Source: Guillardia theta CCMP2712
Taxonomy: Eukaryota; Protista; Cryptophyta
Assembly (NCBI RefSeq): GCF_000315625.1
Contig: NW_005434540.1
Coordinates: 1 to 64,000 of the forward strand
DNA length: 64,000 nucleotides
Direction: 5' to 3'
Position 1 is the first letter of the stretch; the number at the start of each line of letters is the position of its first letter. The notes under the pieces were generated by a model. That model was not told where the DNA came from and searched no databases. It worked only from the letters and a program-made list of their open reading frames with translations. Positions 15,001-30,000 of this stretch are shown here, piece by piece. The translations under genes were made by a program, and so were the position numbers.

Positions 15001-18000
15001 ATGGCAGCACTCTGTACCCGTTTGTGATCTCATTAGTTGGAGCGAGCTTCGTCGAATCTAACATGCTGCGGTGCAGGTTTAGCACGCAAGACAAACATGG
15101 ACTCAATACTCCCATTTCATGGGCAGAAGCAGCATTTCAATCTTCTACTCTCTTACACTGTCTTTCGCCTGTGCTCAATGGTAATGCGAACATGATCGTG
15201 GAGGTTAGCAACAATGCGAAGGATTTCGTTGCAAACCAAGCAGCAATGGAGCTGCACAAGCCACCTGAGCTTAGCAGAGTTATTCCTTCTACCATTCTTT
15301 CGCGCCTGATGTATTCTATCACAATTTATGGGAACGGGTTGGGAATGATAAGAGGAAGAACATGTTGGGTCGGGAAAGAAGGCATACATTTGTCAGAGGT
15401 TGTATCTGACTCAATGGTCATTTGCAGAGGACAAATCAACAAGGCAGGCAACTTCAGTATTGCGTTGAGCAGTAACGGTGATGACTACATACCCACCGGT
15501 CTTCGTCTTATTTCAGTAGACTCCCACCTTCTTGAAGTAGACTTCGAGCCCACTGTGGGGTCCTTGTCTGGAGGCACTCGTGTGCTCGTGCGTGGTCGCA
15601 GCGCAAGAGGTGGTGTAGCGATGACATCTGTACTCTTCGGACAAGTGCAAGTCGGATGTTCGATGCTCGCACCGGGCCTTGCATCATGTGTTTCACCTGT
15701 TGCCGACGAATCTAGTGTCTCCATCACTCCCTGCCTTGGAGGAGTATGTATTCGTGGCTGGACGGCGAATAGCGCTTTTCAGTATAGAGCGCTTCCCGTC
15801 CTCATCTCTGTCAATCCTAGCATCGGTCCTCAGGAGGGAGGGAAACTTGTTACAATCACCCTGGAGAATATTGATCTCAGCGACAGGTCGTTTTGCAAGT
15901 TTGGGAGCTCGGGGATGATTCCAGGTACGACAGTATCTAGTTCTGAGGTAGCTTGTATTACTCCTCGATCAAATTCCTCGATCGTACATGTTCAAGTCAC
16001 TGTGAATCGTCAAGAGTACTCGAGCATTAGTCCTTTTGATAGATATGTATACATGAGTCGAGCAAAGATCGAGAGCATGGTGCCGGACGTTTTGATGACT
16101 AGCATCCAACAGGACATCACTCTAGTGGGTGGACCTTTCCTCAATCAAGAGCGGATGACCTGCAAGTTCGGGAAGGAGAAGAGCTTTGTAGCCATGCAGA
16201 TATCCACGAGCGTTTTGATGTGCTTGAATGTATTCTTGTCGTCACCTGGAAACGCAAGTGTAAAAGTGCTTTTGGACGACATTCCTTCTATAGATAGCAA
16301 CATAGAGCTGATGTGCTTTCAGCCCCCAGTGATCGAGCGCGTCGATCCCTCGATCCTGCTCACGGGAGGATCCATGCTTGTGCAATTCAGAGATCTCCGT
16401 GGAGATCCTCGATTATCATTGAAGCTGGAGGGTGCTACTTGCGATTGTGTGCGAAAAGGTGACTGGGAGCTTGAATGCAACGTGCCAAACGTTACAGAAG
16501 GGGTCCGAGCCTTGCAGCTCTATGACGAGATGTATCCGGCCGCTTACTATTCACAGAAATTCGATGTGATGGTGCAAGGCCATCGACGGATCATGGAGAT
16601 ACATCCTTCTCTCGTGGTGACAGGGGCGTCCCAGGGCCTTTCAGTTACGGTCATTGGAGACTTTTTCGCTAGGGGAGCGGTGGCTTGTGCCTTCACTAGC
16701 ACGAGTACGGACGGTACGTACATGACATCGTCCGCAGTCCGATGTCCCTTGCCGGTAATGACAGAGACGACTTTGGAGAGGGAATACTTGTATAAAGTGA
16801 GTGTGGGCAACTTCTTGGTGCACAACGACGAGGGATTGAAATGGATGATTGCTGTCGTGGATACGTTGGCACCAAAGTCATTGTCCAAATTCAACAAAAG
16901 CATCATCACTATAGTTGGTAAACATTTTCAGGAATGGAAATCTTTAACCTCATGCTGTAAGTTTGGATCGTATCAACCTTCCTTCCTTACTGTCTTGTCC
17001 GACTCAAGGATGATTTGCTCGTCGCCTGAAGATCCGCAACGCGGGAACCTCTCCATCTCGCTGAGTGTTGACTGCAAGCATTTCACCAAGTGCCCATCCA
17101 CAATCTCTCTCCAGGTGACCTCTACACCATCTGTAGAGATTATAAGCCCGACACGAGGATACATCAATCATCCGGTAGTTGTCTCTTTCAGACTTCAAGC
17201 AGAGCTCGGATCCAGTCATCAGTTGTATTGCTGCTGGGGCAATGAGACATATTCCAGCATCGGTCGGACAAGCGGTAGGGGATTCGAGTGCCCGTTTCCA
17301 CAAGCCAAGCAAGCGGGTCTCGGGCTCCTGCAAATATCCATGTCACCATACAATTGTTCAAGTGAACCAGAGTATCGGGTACCGTTCGAGCTCATGGGAC
17401 CTTTGCATGTGGAGAGCTTGATTCCATCAGTGGGGCCAGTTAACGGTGGGGGACAAATCACCATCGTTGGCAGCGGCTTCCATCAATGCGATCACCTCCA
17501 GCCCAGCTGCAGCTTCGGAAGCTCTCATCCTGGACTCTGCTTGATCGTTACTGACACTGTGATGTTGTGCTCGACGCCTTCTCAAGAGGCGGGTTACTCA
17601 TCGCTGACCTTGACAACCTGTGGCAATACTGTTTCATTCGCAAACATCTTGTTCATGTTTGAGGAACCACCCGAGATCCATCGACTCAATCCGACGACGT
17701 TGTCGGCATTGAAGACAGAAGTCACTCTGATTGGCAGAGGTTTCCGACCCAGTTTACGCATGATTTGTGTGATTGGAGAATCGCAACCAGTGCTTACATC
17801 TTACCTTTCCCCGTCGAGGGAAGTATGTGCTGTCTCAACGCCGGTAACGGGAAATTTGACATTGGAGATATACAGCCACCAAGGTTTTGCACCCATCTTT
17901 GTCTGGAACATGGCATCTATGGCCTCAAGAGTGTTGAGTTGCAGCCCAAGCAGTGGCCCGAAGGATGGAAACACGACGGTACATATCTTGCTCACCATGG

Positions 18001-21000
18001 AGTCTGCGGGAACCTTCGATTCTTGTCGATTCGGAGGACTCCGAGTGCCAGTCACAAGGCACCGACGAGATGATATCTCGTGTACAACGCCGCAGGTGTC
18101 AGTTGCAGGCATCGTGAGTGCAGATGTATGTGACGGCGAGTCTTGCATTTTCATGAGCGAATTCCACTTCTATGAAACGGAAAGGCTAATCTCCGTTTAC
18201 CCATCATCAGGGCCGACTACAGGAGGCACTATCGTGACCGTCATCGGGAGCTACTTTCAAGACATTAACATCAGGCTACGGCTGTCAGACGAGAGAACTC
18301 AGAGAGCCATCTGGCTGACAAGCACAACTCTATTGACCACCATACCAGCAGCAGCATCTGCTCAGCACGTTGACATCAAGGTAGGCAACAACGGGGTCGA
18401 CTTCTCCTCCGCGAGCGCGACCTACACGTACGAGCGAGCCCCTACCGTCACATCGCTGAGCCTCCTTGCCCTTGACGGGAGCTCTGGTCAGGTCGAGCAG
18501 GACCACGGACGCACGGTGCGGGTGATCGGGAAGCACTTTGTCGCAAGCCCGCAGCTGAGGTGCAGCCTGCCGGGGGTCGCCAGATACATCTCTTCTTCCA
18601 TTGTTCTGTGCCACATCTTTCCTATTTCCGTCAAGAATGTTACTGTGGAAATCGCCAACGATGGGCTGTCGTTCTCGGATAGTAGCTTGTTCGTGTCGCT
18701 CACAAGTGCTGAGCCTGAGCTTTGTGAACTGGTTTCGCTGACTCCTTCCAAAGGGTCTCTCGATAATGGCGATATTGTTCATGTTTTTATTCACTTGAAT
18801 AGATCGCATTTCGGACAATCATTCACGTCCAAAATCCTCTTCATGAATGTGCCCATGCGGTGCCAGCTTGATGAGCAAGTATTACAATTTTCCTGCGAGT
18901 TTCCGCTATTGCACCGTTCTCCAACAATACCTGCAAAATCGTATTCTTTTGCCGACAGGCAATCTTCACATATTCTTGTTGAGATTGAAGCAAATCATCT
19001 TAGTCTCCAGTGTGTCAAACAATTCATATACGAACCCAAGCCCAGCATTCATTCAGTGGCTCCATCCAGAGTGAGCACAAGTCAGAGGACTGTTTTAGAT
19101 ATCCTAGGATCTGGTTTTACAGATGCACAAGATCTCATGTGCAGGTTTCTGACAGCTTCATCCGATGATCCTTTCATTAATTCCGCCAAATGGATATCTT
19201 CAAGCTTGATCCAGTGCTTGATGAAACCGATCCATGCTGAGAGCAAAGCTATCACTTTGCAGATATTGAAAGGCGGGGAGGATATTACTGGAGAGAGTTT
19301 CACAATTTTCTATGAAGCATCACCGACGATACTGGAAGCAAGGGTTGTAGGTGCAGACTTGTCTGGAACTGATCTTTTGATACTTGGACAAAATTTTCAT
19401 GTGGCTGAGCCAGGTTTTCAAGTGAGGGTAGGAGATACTCCATGTGTTGTCGACCGATTGCAATCCAGTCCAACCTTGATTGAGTGCTCATTTCGTTCTG
19501 AAAGAGGGGGAAACTATTCGCTTCAGATATCCAACAATGGATTGGATTTTACCACATCTTCTCAGCACATCTATTTGCAAGGGTCCACACAATTTACATG
19601 TCAAGCAACCCCCAGCATCGGCCCAAGTAAAGGAGGGACGCATATAGTCATCACACATGGCTTTAGGCTTGTAGAGATGACCGACTTGTTAAAATGCTAC
19701 TTTGGAAATCAAACAGCAGAGATCCTGAGTCTCTCTTCGTCAACAATAGAAGTTGAGCTTCCTGCACTTCACCGCTTCAAGGATACATATGTAGAAATAT
19801 CTGTATCTTTGACGAAGATTGGCAGAAGGTATGTTTGTGGAGAATTCTACACGTTTTCGGTGCGGAAGCTCTATGCCGAGCCGAGCGTAGGGTACTTGGG
19901 CGCAGGGAATACTATCGCTTTAGCAGTCGAGCCCGCGTTCCCACTTCAAGTCACAAAGAGCCAGAACTGCATATGTTGTCTAGAAGACTGTGAGAATCAA
20001 GGAGAAGTGACAACAATAGGAGAACAGATGTTTTGTTCACTCCCACCTCTCTCTGTACATGGCTTGATGCAAATGGAATACCAATGTCACAATATAACCA
20101 TGGCCAAGAATGAATTTGCATTTGTTGTATTGAGCCAAAGCTTTTTGCAAATCGTTCCCAGCAGGGGCACTTATCTAGGAGGTACTCAGGTATCCTTGAT
20201 AGGCACCAATTTTTCAACGAGAAGAAGTTTCATTCACTTTGGAGATGCAGTTTTGTCAAATTCGGCTTTATCTTCAACTTTGTGCCTTGTCGTCACGCCC
20301 GCGCACAAACCAGGCAATGTCAGCATTACCATCAGGTCTGAACATGGCTTTTCATCACCCTTGACTTTTGAGTTTCATCAAGGACGAGATGATCCCAATG
20401 ATTCCAAAGACGTTGATCATCGGAAGGATAAGCAGAAAAGCGATAGGACCAGCAAACTCTACGTCCAGCCTTCCTTTGGACCGTTGATGGGCGGTACGAG
20501 AGTGGCTGTGACTTTGAGCGGAGTTCCTGCAGGCTTCGGGCAAGATTATTACACTTTGAAGATTAACAACATACTAGTGCCATGCTTACAGAAAGAAAAT
20601 GCAAGTATCTGTACGATCCCACCATCGAAAAGTGCTGGGCTCGCACACTGTGAGATGCACCCTTCTTCGAGCAAGAGCCCCCTTATGGATTTCGAAGGAA
20701 AAATCAACTGCAGAATATTCCAGAAATACACTCAATTCAACCAACCTTTGGAAATTCTCGAGTTGTTTACATTGAGGGGGAAAATTACAAACCTGTTAAA
20801 ACTCTACTATGTCAATTCGGCTTTCGGCATTCCGTCCCTGCAGTCTGGGTGTCTAGTACCCTCGTCACGTGCCCAGTACCTCATATCGATGCGCCTCCAC
20901 AGGGCCTTAACCTGACAGTACAGATCAGCAACAACGGAATAGACTTCTCAACCCCCTCCGAGGCAGCACGCTTCATGTACACCTCCTTGCGCCCAATAGC

Positions 21001-24000
21001 CAAGCTACAGCCGACCACAGGGCTGACCAGCGAGACCACGCGGGTACTGATCACGGGTCAAGCAGGCTTCGGCGGAAGGATTGCACAAGAGAGCGGAGGG
21101 CAGGTGCTGTGTCAGTTCGGTAGCAGCAAGGCCTTGGGAGGTCGGGTCTTGGACGCAGGTATCGAGTGCGATGCTGAGTCAGGCATAGAAGGCAAGGTGA
21201 GTGTGCGGGTCTCAACAGATGGGGGGAGGTCGTGGGAGGACTGGGGGCTGCGATTCGAGTTTGTGAAAGGGATCGACATAGCCCGAGTAGATCCCTCGAC
21301 AGGGCCTGTGGCAGGGGGAACACGGGTGACGATAGTCATGGGTCAGCGGTATGATAGCGAGTCGAGCGGGCTGTCATGCATGTTCGGGCAGACTCCGAGC
21401 GCAGGCGTTGCGGAGGTGCTATCCAGCGGAGAGCTGGTCTGCGTTGCACCTGCGGCCAAGACTGAGGCAATCGTGAAAGTGTACGTGCTGTCGGACGGTC
21501 AAATCAGGAGCACGGGGTCTGCCTTCCGATACCGGCACTGGCCCAAGGTCATGGGCCTCGGGCCCCGATCGGGACCAGCGTCAAGGGGACAAACGATCAC
21601 ACTCCAGGCAGCGGGCGGGTCGTGGGGACTAGAAGACCCCGCGTGGTGCCGAGTGAGCGGGGGGCAAGCTTTATCGGCAGCTTTCATGACTGAGAGCTTG
21701 ATGACGTGCCGGCTACCTCCTCATGGTCGCGGGAACGCAACGATAGAAGCAAGCTTCAACGGAAGGGACTGGGTAGAGGTAGCGGGGAGGTTCGAGTATA
21801 GAGAGCGATGCCTCATCACGGGGGTGGAGCCTTCGCTCGGACTGATGGGAGGGATCACGAGTGTCACGTTGACAGGAGTCGGGTTGAAGGGCCTAGGCAA
21901 GAGCCGGTGCCGCATCGGGAGCAGCTGGGGGTCAAGGCTACTGGAGGTTTCAGACGCGCTTGTGATTTGCGGAGCACCAGAGGGCGGGTGGGGCTCTGTG
22001 ATGCCTCCGGGAGATGTCGGAGAGGCAGATGGCGGGCGTGTGAAAGGCCTCACGGTAGGTTTGATGCTGGAAGGAGCTAGTCAGGAGGCGTGCGAAATGA
22101 AGGAGGCATACTTTCTGTACTCACCGCTGCGAATAGACAGCGTTTCGCCTTCCAGCTTGGTACAAAGTCGTCAGACGGTAGTGACGGTGGTCGGACAGAC
22201 TTTCGATGAGGCCAGGAGGGTAGGATGCAAGTACTCGGAAGCTGCTGGGGCATCCTTGCAGAGCGGCGCATCCTGGGATACACAGGAAGGGACGGTGATC
22301 ACGTCGTCCATGGCCTTGTGTGGNNNNNNNNNNNNNNNNNNNNNNNNNNNNNNNNNNNNNNNNNNNNNNNNNNNNNNNNNNNNNNNNNNNNNNNNNNNNN
22401 NNNNNNNNNNNNNNNNNNNNNNNNNNNNNNNNNNNNNNNNNNNNNNNNNNNNNNNNNNNNNNNNNNNNNNNNNNNNNNNNNNNNNNNNNNNNNNNNNNNN
22501 NNNNNNNNNNNNNNNNNNNNNNTTTGCTTTTCGACGCATTTTCCAATCTGATTTTCTATCTCATCTTGATTCTTTGTCGCATTTTTTCTCCTCCCCATTC
22601 GTTTTCATCATTTTGGTTGATTGATGGTGATGCTAAAGTTGTCTCGAACGAAAAGTGGATTTCTGCAAATCATTCATTCTTGGGTAAATCTGCTAAATCT
22701 GATATCTTGGTACATATTTCAGAGATACATCCCTCTTTTGGGTCTATTAATGGTGGAACAAAAGTTACTGTGTTGCTTGGTCATTCCCTTCCAACAATAT
22801 CTCAGATATGGTGTGTCTTCAATGAGACATTTGTATTCATGGCCAAGATACACAATAAGTTGATAAACTGTATCACACCAAAATCCAAAGGTGCAGGAAT
22901 CGCACATTTGCATTTGAAAATGAACAGCATTAGGACTGCAAATTCGATCTCGTTTGAATACATCTTGCCACCCGTCATTCATAACCTCAGGAAAGTACAT
23001 AACTTGGATGCTGAAAATCAAATTTACATTGAGGGGGAAAATTACAAACCTGTTAAAACTCTACTATGTCAATTCGGCTTTCGGCATTCCGTCCCTGCAG
23101 TCTGGGTGTCTAGTACCCTCGTCACGTGCCCAGTACCTCATATCGATGCGCCTCCACAGGGCCTTAACCTGACAGTACAGATCAGCAACAACGGAATAGA
23201 CTTCTCAACCCCCTCCGAGGCAGCACGCTTCATGTACACCTCCTTGCGCCCAATAGCCAAGCTACAGCCGACCACAGGGCTGACCAGCGAGACCACGCGG
23301 GTACTGATCACGGGTCAAGCAGGCTTCGGCGGAAGGATTGCACAAGAGAGCGGAGGGCAGGTGCTGTGTCAGTTCGGTAGCAGCAAGGCCTTGGGAGGTC
23401 GGGTCTTGGACGCAGGTATCGAGTGCGATGCTGAGTCAGGCATAGAAGGCAAGGTGAGTGTGCGGGTCTCAACAGATGGGGGGAGGTCGTGGGAGGACTG
23501 GGGGCTGCGATTCGAGTTTGTGAAAGGGATCGACATAGCCCGAGTAGATCCCTCGACAGGGCCTGTGGCAGGGGGAACACGGGTGACGATAGTCATGGGT
23601 CAGCGGTATGATAGCGAGTCGAGCGGGCTGTCATGCATGTTCGGGCAGACTCCGAGCGCAGGCGTTGCGGAGGTGCTATCCAGCGGAGAGCTGGTCTGCG
23701 TTGCACCTGCGGCCAAGACTGAGGCAATCGTGAAAGTGTACGTGCTGTCGGACGGTCAAATCAGGAGCACGGGGTCTGCCTTCCGATACCGGCACTGGCC
23801 CAAGGTCATGGGCCTCGGGCCCCGATCGGGACCAGCGTCAAGGGGACAAACGATCACACTCCAGGCAGCGGGCGGGTCGTGGGGACTAGAAGACCCCGCG
23901 TGGTGCCGAGTGAGCGGGGGGCAAGCTTTATCGGCAGCTTTCATGACTGAGAGCTTGATGACGTGCCGGCTACCTCCTCATGGTCGCGGGAACGCAACGA

Positions 24001-27000
24001 TAGAAGCAAGCTTCAACGGAAGGGACTGGGTAGAGGTAGCGGGGAGGTTCGAGTATAGAGAGCGATGCCTCATCACGGGGGTGGAGCCTTCGCTCGGACT
24101 GATGGGAGGGATCACGAGTGTCACGTTGACAGGAGTCGGGTTGAAGGGCCTAGGCAAGAGCCGGTGCCGCATCGGGAGCAGCTGGGGGTCAAGGCTACTG
24201 GAGGTTTCAGACGCGCTTGTGATTTGCGGAGCACCAGAGGGCGGGTGGGGCTCTGTGATGCCTCCGGGAGATGTCGGAGAGGCAGATGGCGGGCGTGTGA
24301 AAGGCCTCACGGTAGGTTTGATGCTGGAAGGAGCTAGTCAGGAGGCGTGCGAAATGAAGGAGGCATACTTTCTGTACTCACCGCTGCGAATAGACAGCGT
24401 TTCGCCTTCCAGCTTGGTACAAGGTCGTCAGACGGTAGTGACGGTGGTCGGACAGACTTTCGATGAGGCCAGGAGGGTAGGATGCAAGTACTCGGAAGCT
24501 GCTGGGGCATCCTTGCAGAGCGGCGCATCCTGGGATACACAGGAAGGGACGGTGATCACGTCGTCCATGGCCTTGTGTGGTTCTCCTCGTATCTCACGTC
24601 ATGGACAATGGGTTTTGATCGTTTTCCAAACGTATTTCTCATATTTTTCTCACAGCAATATCTCTGTTTGGATTGTTCCTCAGCCTTTTATTTTATCCAT
24701 TCAGCCCCAGGTTCTTTTGTCAAAATTCAATGTGGTTACCGTGTCTGGTTCCAATTTTCATTTTGGTGAATTATCTTGCTTTGCTTTTCGACGCATTTTC
24801 CAATCTGATTTTCTATCTTCATCTTTGATTCTTTGTCGCATTTTTTCTCCTCCCCATTCGTTTTCATCATTTTGGTTGATTGATGGTGATGCTAAAGTTG
24901 TCTCGAACGAAAAGTGGATTTCTGCAAATCATTCATTCTTGGGTAAATCTGCTAAATCTGATATCTTGGTACATATTTCAGAGATACATCCCTCTTTTGG
25001 GTCTATTAATGGTGGAACAAAAGTTACTGTGTTGCTTGGTCATTCCCTTCCAACAATATCTCAGATATGGTGTGTCTTCAATGAGACATTTGTATTCATG
25101 GCCAAGATACACAATAAGTTGATAAACTGTATCACACCAAAATCCAAAGGTGCAGGAATCGCACATTTGCATTTGAAAATGAACAGCATTAGGACTGCAA
25201 ATTCGATCTCGTTTGAATACATCTTGCCACCCGTCATTCATAACCTCAGGAAAGTACATAACTTGGATGCTGAAAATCAAATTTACATTGAGGGGGAAAA
25301 TTACAAACCTGTTAAAACTCTACTATGTCAATTCGGCTTTCGGCATTCCGTCCCTGCAGTCTGGGTGTCTAGTACCCTCGTCACGTGCCCAGTACCTCAT
25401 ATCGATGCGCCTCCACAGGGCCTTAACCTGACAGTACAGATCAGCAACAACGGAATAGACTTCTCAACCCCCTCCGAGGCAGCACGCTTCATGTACACCT
25501 CCTTGCGCCCAATAGCCAAGCTACAGCCGACCACAGGGCTGACCAGCGAGACCACGCGGGTACTGATCACGGGTCAAGCAGGCTTCGGCGGAAGGATTGC
25601 ACAAGAGAGCGGAGGGCAGGTGCTGTGTCAGTTCGGTAGCAGCAAGGCCTTGGGAGGTCGGGTCTTGGACGCAGGTATCGAGTGCGATGCTGAGTCAGGC
25701 ATAGAAGGCAAGGTGAGTGTGCGGGTCTCAACAGATGGGGGGAGGTCGTGGGAGGACTGGGGGCTGCGATTCGAGTTTGTGAAAGGGATCGACATAGCCC
25801 GAGTAGATCCCTCGACAGGGCCTGTGGCAGGGGGAACACGGGTGACGATAGTCATGGGTCAGCGGTATGATAGCGAGTCGAGCGGGCTGTCATGCATGTT
25901 CGGGCAGACTCCGAGCGCAGGCGTTGCGGAGGTGCTATCCAGCGGAGAGCTGGTCTGCGTTGCACCTGCGGCCAAGACTGAGGCAATCGTGAAAGTGTAC
26001 GTGCTGTCGGACGGTCAAATCAGGAGCACGGGGTCTGCCTTCCGATACCGGCACTGGCCCAAGGTCATGGGCCTCGGGCCCCGATCGGGACCAGCGTCAA
26101 GGGGACAAACGATCACACTCCAGGCAGCGGGCGGGTCGTGGGGACTAGAAGACCCCGCGTGGTGCCGAGTGAGCGGGGGGCAAGCTTTATCGGCAGCTTT
26201 CATGACTGAGAGCTTGATGACGTGCCGGCTACCTCCTCATGGTCGCGGGAACGCAACGATAGAAGCAAGCTTCAACGGAAGGGACTGGGTAGAGGTAGCG
26301 GGGAGGTTCGAGTATAGAGAGCGATGCCTCATCACGGGGGTGGAGCCTTCGCTCGGACTGATGGGAGGGATCACGAGTGTCACGTTGACAGGAGTCGGGT
26401 TGAAGGGCCTAGGCAAGAGCCGGTGCCGCATCGGCAGCAGCTGGGGGTCAAGGCTACTGGAGGTTTCAGACGCGCTTGTGATTTGCGGAGCACCAGAGGG
26501 CGGGTGGGGCTCTGTGATGCCTCCGGGAGATGTCGGAGAGGCAGATGGCGGGCGTGTGAAAGGCCTCACGGTAGGTTTGATGCTGGAAGGAGCTAGTCAG
26601 GAGGCGTGCGAAATGAAGGAGGCATACTTTCTGTACTCACCGCTGCGAATAGACAGCGTTTCGCCTTCCAGCTTGGTACAAGGTCGTCAGACGGTAGTGA
26701 CGGTGGTCGGACAGACTTTCGATGAGGCCAGGAGGGTAGGATGCAAGTACTCGGAAGCTGCTGGGGCATCCTTGCAGAGCGGCGCATCCTGGGATACACA
26801 GGAAGGGACGGTGATCACGTCGTCCATGGCACTATGCAAGAGCCCCCAGATGTCCGGGAAGAGCGAAGACTTGTCACTCCAGGTCAGCTACGAGGGTGGA
26901 CAGCTCTCGTCGAGCCGACTGTCGATACGTTATATCCCAGAGCCGACGATTACAAGGCTAGAGCCAAGCGCTGGGTCAAGCGCAGGCGGCCAGGTGATCA

Positions 27001-30000
27001 CGGTGATTGGGAGCAACATGAGAGCATCCAGGTCGGGCACCTACTGCCTTTTCGGGAACCGAGGTCAGATGCCAGCCTTGCATGTCACGACCAGCTCGAT
27101 GGAGTGTGTTTCTGCTCGACAGAGTAGCCCGGCGAATGTGTCGTTTGAGGTTTTGTTTACAGGGGTTGAGACTTTCACTCGGAGCCAGGTCACCTTTTTG
27201 TACACGAATGATAGTACGCCCTTACTGAGGCCGAGCACCGGGCCTACGCGAGGAGGGATAAGCATCTCTGTGTACGGCATCTTTCGATTAGAAAGCACTT
27301 CTTTGTCAGTGACATGTACCTTTGGTGATCGTCGTGTCAGCGCAATACTCCACACGAGCTCGCACATCGTCTGCGTCCTGCCTCCACGCGAGGAGGAAGG
27401 CAGCGCGGGTTTTCATCTTCGCGAAGGGTCACGCGAGCTAGGCTCAGCTCACTTCCTGTATCGTCGTCCGTATGACCTCATTGGTGTATCACCTTCGTCA
27501 AGCGTTGTGAGGGGAGGGGTGGTCGTAGCTCTGCACACGGAGCAGGTCTTGCTGCCTCAAAGTACTCAATCTGAAAGTCTTGGCTGTGTCTTCGTGGGCT
27601 TGGAAGCCACCGTCCAAGTGGAAGGCTCCGTGACCGCTTCAGGGAGAATCGGTTGCCCTGTACCGCCATGGAAGACAGAGGAGCTCGTACAGATCTACGT
27701 CCTGAGGGACTATGGGGCTGAGCTCCAAGGGTCGGGAGCTACCTTTCGGTACCAGAAGGAGCTGACTTTGATTAGCGTGCATCCATCTCGAATGGTCGGG
27801 GCAGCATCGCCGTATACTCTTAGTATCTTGGGGCGAGGGATAGAGCCGTCAACCGATCTGGTGTGCAAAGTAGGGGCGAATGATCAATCATACAGGGCGG
27901 TATACCTGTCATCAACGTCGATGAAATGCCAGGTCCGTGTCAACAGACCAGGTCGCTTCAAGCTGATGGTCATGCGACAAGGAGCAACTCTCAGCAATGA
28001 TCAACTATCAATCGAGGTATACAACGAAGAGTCCATAATTACCCTGGTACCAAGCCAAGGGCCAGATCGCGGAGGGACGGTAGTGCGGTTGTACGGAGCT
28101 GCGGAGTTCGACGAGAGAACTCGCATCGTATTTGGCCTGGAGGAGTGCAGGATAATAGATGTCCAGGATCAAGAGCTGTCGTGCCTGTCGCCAGGTCATT
28201 TCCTTCCTGGAAATGCGTCTTCAGCTCGAATCAAGGTGACGGCATACTCTTTGGGTATCATGATAGGCTCCAGGACATTCGAATACCAGAGAGAGGCACA
28301 GGTGATCGATATCAACCCCTCATCTGGAGACTTGAGAGGAGGGACCTGGATACAAGTCATTGGTGCACACTTCAACATGCATACAAGCCTGTCTTGCCGT
28401 TTCTCGGCATGGGGAGTATCGGAGCGTGTCACATACGCTTCTCGAGGTCGAGCTCGATGGGAAACCTCGTCGTCGTTGCAATGCTCGACTCCGGCATGGC
28501 CTACAGTAGGCCTCGTCACTGTTGACATTAGCAACAACGGAGTGGACTACTCAGTGCAGAGCAGGGAGTTCTTGTACGAGCAAACGCCGACAGTCGTGAA
28601 CGCCATTGCTACTCGAGCGTTGACGAGCAAAATCGGTGTGGCCAGCTTCCTTGTACATGGGCTGCACTTCTCAAAGTCGCGGCACCTTCGATGCGCTGGA
28701 AGCACAGCAGCGGCTAAGTTTCTGACATCGTCTGCACTGCTCTGTGCGATCCCACTCAAGCAGGAGGGATACACTGCCATCGAAGTCACCAACAATGGCC
28801 AAGACTACAGCGCCGACGGCTTTGTGTACGATTGGAGCACAGCAGACTCTGATTTCGAAGGCGGGATGATGCTCACTCCTAGCCATGGGCCAAGCGACGG
28901 AGGCACTGTTGTGCAGGTCATGAACCTAAGGGTAGAGAGTACGCAAGACGACAGCGTGACATGCAGCTTTGATGGGAGCGACACGCCAGGGACAGTGGTG
29001 GGGACGAGCCAAGTGAAGTGTGTCAGTCCAACTTTGAGGAAGATGCCGGTAGATAGGTTGATAGGGGAGCTCGGGCATCGCGTCCTGGTGGAGGTGAGGT
29101 GGGAGAGCAGGAACAAAACAAGAGTCGCAAGATCTTATTATGCATACCATACACGATTGCAAGTTCACGGAATCTCACCAAGCTGCGGTCCAACGACAGG
29201 CTCAACCCAAGTCGCCGTCACAGGGTCCGGCTTCCTCGAGGTAGCCAGCCTCACCTGCCGCTTCGGCGCGAGTGTAGGAGATGGTAGCCCAAGCTCCGGC
29301 GGTCTGGGCAGCTGGAGGGAGGTACCGGGGAAGTGGCGGTCGTCTACGCTTGTGGGCTGCTCAGCACCCGCAGCATCCGGAGAGCAGACGATGCAGGTCC
29401 AGCTCAGCAACAACGGGGTCGACTTCTCCTCCGCGAGCGCGACCTACACGTACGAGCGAGCCCCTACCGTCACATCGCTGAGCCTCCTTGCCCTTGACGG
29501 GAGCTCTGGTCAGGTCGAGCAGGACCACGGACGCACGGTGCGGGTGATCGGGAAGCACTTTGTCGCAAGCCCGCAGCTGAGGTGCAGCCTGCCGGGGGTC
29601 GCCAGATACATCACGTCGTCTATGGTCGATTGTGTATCAGGAGGGGGCCGTGTCGGGGGGAACCTGACGGTCGAGGTAAGCAACAACGGTCAGGACTGGA
29701 GCAGCGGAGGCTTGGGGCTGCTCGCTTGGGAGGATACGCCCCGCTTCTCCGAGGAGGTCCAGCTTGAGCCGACCATGGGTCCCAGCAGATGCGGAACACA
29801 GGTCACCGTCCGTCTGCTTGGTGCGGAGGGGCTCCAGGGCGTATCTTTATCCCTGCAGGTGGGACTAGAGGGCAGTGCAGAATGCCGCTACCAGAGCGGT
29901 ACAAAGTACCGGTGTCAGATGCCCGAGGTACGCTCGACGACGAACCGTGTGCTGTCCCGATACACGGTACCGGTACACCTCGTCATAGAGGGACAGCCGG

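Larger units (their letters stand above)
2942..26830 (+). repeat. Cassette A (~1.5 kb, FGFRHSVPAVW...TVITSSMA), 6 near-identical copies
   Basis: Copies start at 2942 (cut by gap), 4460, 9432, 20816, 23073 and 25332. Identical shadow ORFs recur at the same offsets. Confidence 0.95.
5959..29134 (+). repeat. Cassette B (~2.3 kb, KSPQMSGK...NKTRVARS), 3 copies
   Basis: Copies at 5959-8262, 10931-13234 and 26831-29134, each following an A copy, with only a few SNPs/indels. Confidence 0.95.

Noticed and set aside
22522-22575. Two single-base deletions relative to the second J copy; also odd sequence at ~590-680 and 3918-3937
   Set aside because: All lie directly at contig edges next to N-gaps and are most simply low-quality sequence.
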